Below, piece by piece: positions 59,642 to 64,000 of a stretch of 64,000 bases of DNA; positions within the stretch are counted from its first letter, which is position 1, and each line of letters opens with the position of its first letter. The notes under the pieces were generated by a model, which saw nothing but the letters and a program-made list of their open reading frames with translations, had not been told where the DNA came from and searched no databases. Location of the stretch: the NCBI RefSeq assembly GCF_009914755.1, contig NC_060938.1. One strand, given 5' to 3'. The position numbers and the translations under genes were made by a program. The stretch comes from the human T2T-CHM13v2.0 reference genome, Homo sapiens.

Positions 59642-62600
59642 GTCTTTCTGTGTTTTTCTATGTGCTTATTATTACCAGTGAGTTTTGTACCTTCCGGTGA
59701 TTTCATATTGCTCATTAATGTCCTTTTCTTTTCGATTGAAGAACTCCCTTTAACATTTCTTGTAGAACAGGTTTAGTGTTGATGAAATCCCTCAGCTTTG
59801 TTTGTCTGGGAAAGTCTTTATTTCTCCTTCATGCTCGAAGGATATTTTTACTGGATATACTATTCTAAGGTAAAGTTTTATTCCTTCAGCACTTTAAATA
59901 TGTCTTGCCACTCTATCCTGGCCTGTAATGTTTCCACTGAAAAGTCTGCTGCCAGATGTATTGGAATTCCATTGTATGTTATTTATTTCTCTTCTCTTGT
60001 TGCTTTTGGAATACTTTCTCTATCCTTGATCTTTGGAAGTTTGATTATTAAATGATTTGAAGTAATCTTCTTTAGGGTAAATCTGCTTGGTGTTCTAGAA
60101 CCTCTTATACTTAGATATTGATATCTTTCCCTAGGTTTGGGAAATTCTCTGTTATTATCCCTTTGAATAAACTTTCTACCTCTATCTCTTTCTCTTCCTC
60201 CTCTTTAAGGCCCATAACTCTTAGATTTGCCCCTTTGAGGCTATTTTCTAGATCCTGTGGATGGGCTTCATTGTTCTTTATTCTTTTTTCTTTTGTCTCC
60301 TCTGGCCGTATATTTTCAAATAGTCTGTCTTCAGGCTCACTAATTCTTTCTTCTGTTTGAACAATTCTACTATTAAAAGACTCTGATGCATTCTTCAGTA
60401 TGCCAATTGCATTTTTCAGCTCCAGAATTTCTGCTTGATTCTTTTTAATTATTTCAATCTCTGTAAATTTATTTGATAGAATTCTGAATTGCTTCTCTGT
60501 GTTGTCTTGAATTTATTTGAGTTTCCTCAAAACAGCTATTTTGAATTTTCTGTCTGAAATGCCATATATTTATTTCTGTTTCTCCAGGATCAGTCCCTGG
60601 CGCCTTATTTAGTTCACTTGGTAAGGTCATGTTTCCCTGGAATATCTTGATCCTTGTAGATATTCATCTGTGCCTAGGCATTGAAGAATTAGGTATTTAT
60701 TGTAGTCTTCACTGTCTGGGCTTGTTTGTACCCATCCTTCTTGGGAAAGGTTTCCAGATATTTCAAAAGACTTGAGTGTTGTGATCTAAGCTGTATCTGC
60801 TTTAGGGGGCACCTCAAGGTCAGCAAAGCTGTGGTTCTTGCAGACTTGTACACGTACCACGTTGATGGTCTTTGATAAGATCTGGGAGAATTATTTGGAT
60901 TTCCAGGCGTAGACTCTTGTTCTCTTCCCTTATTTTCTCCCAAACAAATGGAGTCTCTATCTCTCTGTCCTGAGCCACCTGATGCTGGAGGTGGAGTTAC
61001 ACAAGCACCCCTGTGGCCACCATCACTCTGACTGTTTGGGTCAGACCTAAAGCCTGCAATGCACTTGGTCTTACCCAAGGCCTGCTGTAATCACTCCCTG
61101 ACCACTGACTATGTTTGCTCAAGAACTTGGGGCTCTACAATAAGCAGGTGGCAAATCTAACTAGGCCTGTGTCCTTCCCTTTATGGTGGTGAGTTAGCCC
61201 AGTCTCAGGGCAGGTCCAGTGGTGCCATCTAGGAACCAGAGATTAGAGTCAAAAACCTCGGAAGTCTACCTGGTGTTCTATTATACTGTAGCTGAGCTGA
61301 CACTCAAACCACAGATGCAGTCTTCCCACTCTTCCCTCTCTTCCCTCCCCTTTTCCAAAGGCACAGGAGCCTCACCCTGTGGCCATCACCACCACAGGCC
61401 CACGAGGAGTACTGCCAGACTACTGCGGGTATTCTCTTATGGTACAAGGGCTCTTCAGTCATCTTGTGGTGAAAACTACCTGGCCTGGGGCTCATCATTC
61501 AGAGCAGTGAGCTCCCCTCTGGCCCAGGGCAGGTCCAGAAATGATTTCAAAGAGCCAAGTTTTAGAATCAGGGACTCCAAGAACCTACTTGGTACCCTAC
61601 TATACTGTGGCCGAGCTGGTACCTAAGATGCAAGACCAAGTCCCCTTTACTTTTCCCTCTGCTTTTGTCAAGAAGAAGGAGTCTCGCCCATAACCACCAC
61701 AGCCAGGAATGTCCTGAGTCTCACCTGAAGCCAGCAAATCTCAGAGGCTCACCCAAGGCTCTCGACATAGTACTTGGGTAGTGCTGCTGGTTATTCAGGG
61801 ATCAAGGGCTCTTCAGTTAGCAGGTGATGAATTCTGTCAGGACTGGGTCCTTTTCTTCAAGGCAGCAGGTTCTCTTCTGGCCCAAGACATGTCTAGAAAT
61901 GTCATCTGGGAACTAAGTCCTAGGAAGAGGTCTTCACAACTCTGACTGGTTCCCTCTCCTGCTGTGGCTGAGCTGGTATTCAAGATGCAAGACAAAATCC
62001 TCAACACTCTTCCCTCTCCTCTCCTCAAGTGGAAGGAAGGTGTCTCTTTTGGAGCTGTGAACCGTGCAGCCTGGTGTGAGGGGAGGGGTGATGCCAGCAT
62101 TCCATTAGATGCTCAGGCTGGTGTCTCAGTAGGTTGCATCACCCCATCCAGTGGTTCTGGGCCCAGTTTAGCACTAGCACTCACGTAAAAGTTGCAGTTC
62201 TTGTGGCCTAGACTGCATTTCCAGATTATTAAGAGCCCCAGAACACTAGCTTCTGATGGTGTTTGCAGGGATTGGCAATTCCCCTTCGGCTAAGGCTGAT
62301 TTAAATGCTCCCTCTGTAGGTGGGCATCAGCTGAGTTTGGTCCAGTTTTCCTTTCTGAATTTTAGTTTTTATAAAGGTGTTTTATTGTATAAATAGTTGT
62401 TAAATTTGTGTCCTTGTGGAGTTGAAGGGGGCAGGGAGGATGATCAGTGGAGACATTTATTCCACCATCTTGCTCCACTGTCTTATGATTGAACTCATTT
62501 CTTCATTGTTTGTTTATACCTCCTTACTCCACTGAAATGACTCATGTTGTGGTTTAAATTATCTCCATGTCACTAAATTGAAAGGACATTTTAAATCCTC

Positions 62601-62886
62601 ATCTTTCTTGATTTCTTGGCAGTTTTTGACACTGGTAACCACTTCTTCCTTGCAACATTTCTCTTGCCTTCTGTGTCACCATATTTTCCTGGTTCTACTT
62701 TGCTTCTCCTCAGACTCCTTTGCTGGGTTATCTTTATCATCATGATCATGATTAGGTAGAGTCTTTGAGGCTCTATCTGAACATCCTTCTTTTATTCAAG
62801 GATCTCCTTCTAGGAGTTTCATCCACCACAAAATCCTGTTGTTACACTGAAGAAACAGTGTCTGTCCCACCCACTCTCCTTCTCTT

Positions 62887-63196
62887 GTTTTTTATTTGTT
62901 TGTTTGTTTTTGTCTTGAGGCAGGGTCTCACTCTATTGCCCAGGCTAGAGTGCAATGGTGTGATCACAACTCACTGCAGCCTCAACCTCCTGAGCCCAAG
63001 CAATCCTTCTACCTCAGCCTCCAAAGTATCTGGGACCACAGGCCTATGCTACCATACCCAGCTAATTTTTAAATTTTTTGTAGAGATGGGGTCTCCTATG
63101 TTGTCCAGAGTTGTCTCAAACTCCTGGGCTCAAGCAATCCTCCCCAGTCAGCCTCCCAAAGTATTGGGATTATAGATGTGAGCCACTGTGCCCAGT
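62887..63196 (-). mobile_element. Alu (J-like)
   Basis: Reverse Alu flanked by cttgtttt repeats. Confidence 0.9.
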
Positions 63197-64000
63197 GGCT
63201 TGTTTTATCCTTAACACTTACCAGTGTGTGGCACAAAATTAGACGCCTGATAAATGTGTGTTGAATGAGTGACTGAATGAATGGCTAGTACCCTTTCATT
63301 TATGACTTGCTCAAGGATTATCTGATAAATTCTCATGTTTTCAATCATCTTTGTGCCATCTACTTTTGACATTTTTATTTTACATTTCTTCTAGTCTTCT
63401 CCTTCCTTTCATAAAGTTTACTTTTTTCATTTCATCTTTGGGACAGTGGCATTCTCCATGTAATACCACAGACTACTCTCCCTTAATTTTATCTGAGTTT
63501 AGCTTTTAAAGTATATCCCTTCCTACCAAAACATTAATCTTAATATTCTAACTATAGGAAAGTCTCCTTTTATAACAGGACTTTGTATTTTCAAGCCACA
63601 ATATTCCTTGACATCCATCCTTGAAGCCTATAAAGGCCTTTAATTGCAGGCTTCTATTGCCCTTTTCACTTTTGAAGCAGGTGAACATATGAAAACATAC
63701 TCAATAACTGCATCTCTGAGATTTAATCGCTCCTCATAAATGTTTTTTTAGTGTGTGAGAAAATGGAAAAGAAGGCACTTCCTCCCTTTCCCCATAACTT
63801 TAAGTCTCTGTCCATTCATTGCCTGCAACAATGGAGGAGTTACTAATTTTATTGTTTAGAGCCCAGATTATCAGTTGGGATAGCATTGTTAATCGGCAGG
63901 ATTACTGTACCCTAAAGTTTGTGCCTATAGACAGTCTGTTGTCTTGTGGTAAGTATCCTATACCTGGGGCAGGCTCAACACCTTCCTCCCTTCCATTCCA

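Overview
Primate, very likely human, genomic DNA containing the 5' end of FERMT2 (kindlin-2/MIG-2) on the minus strand. It shows a CpG-island promoter (~38.3-39.6 kb) with GC boxes and a perfect CArG box, a probable non-coding exon 1 (donor at 38861), the ATG-containing exon 2 (38352-38517), a 31-kb intron 2 and the 234-nt exon 3 (7049-7282). The gene continues past the left edge. The rest is mostly interspersed repeats: about 35 Alus, L1M/L2/MIR relics, MaLR/ERV solo LTRs, Tigger/MER DNA transposons, and a near full-length old L1MA upstream. Most ORFs in the supplied track are Alu-, L1- or GC-content artefacts. I found no evidence for a new multi-gene system. The best second-look items are an unidentified ~270-bp retrocopy flanked by a target-site duplication (TSD, 15653-15951), a candidate 19-nt frameshifting microexon in intron 2 (36502-36520), the promoter CArG box, a tailless U2 snRNA fragment with a TSD, and closely spaced inverted Alu pairs. 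Repeat subfamily names come from recalled consensus sequences, and repeat boundaries are approximate unless a TSD is quoted.
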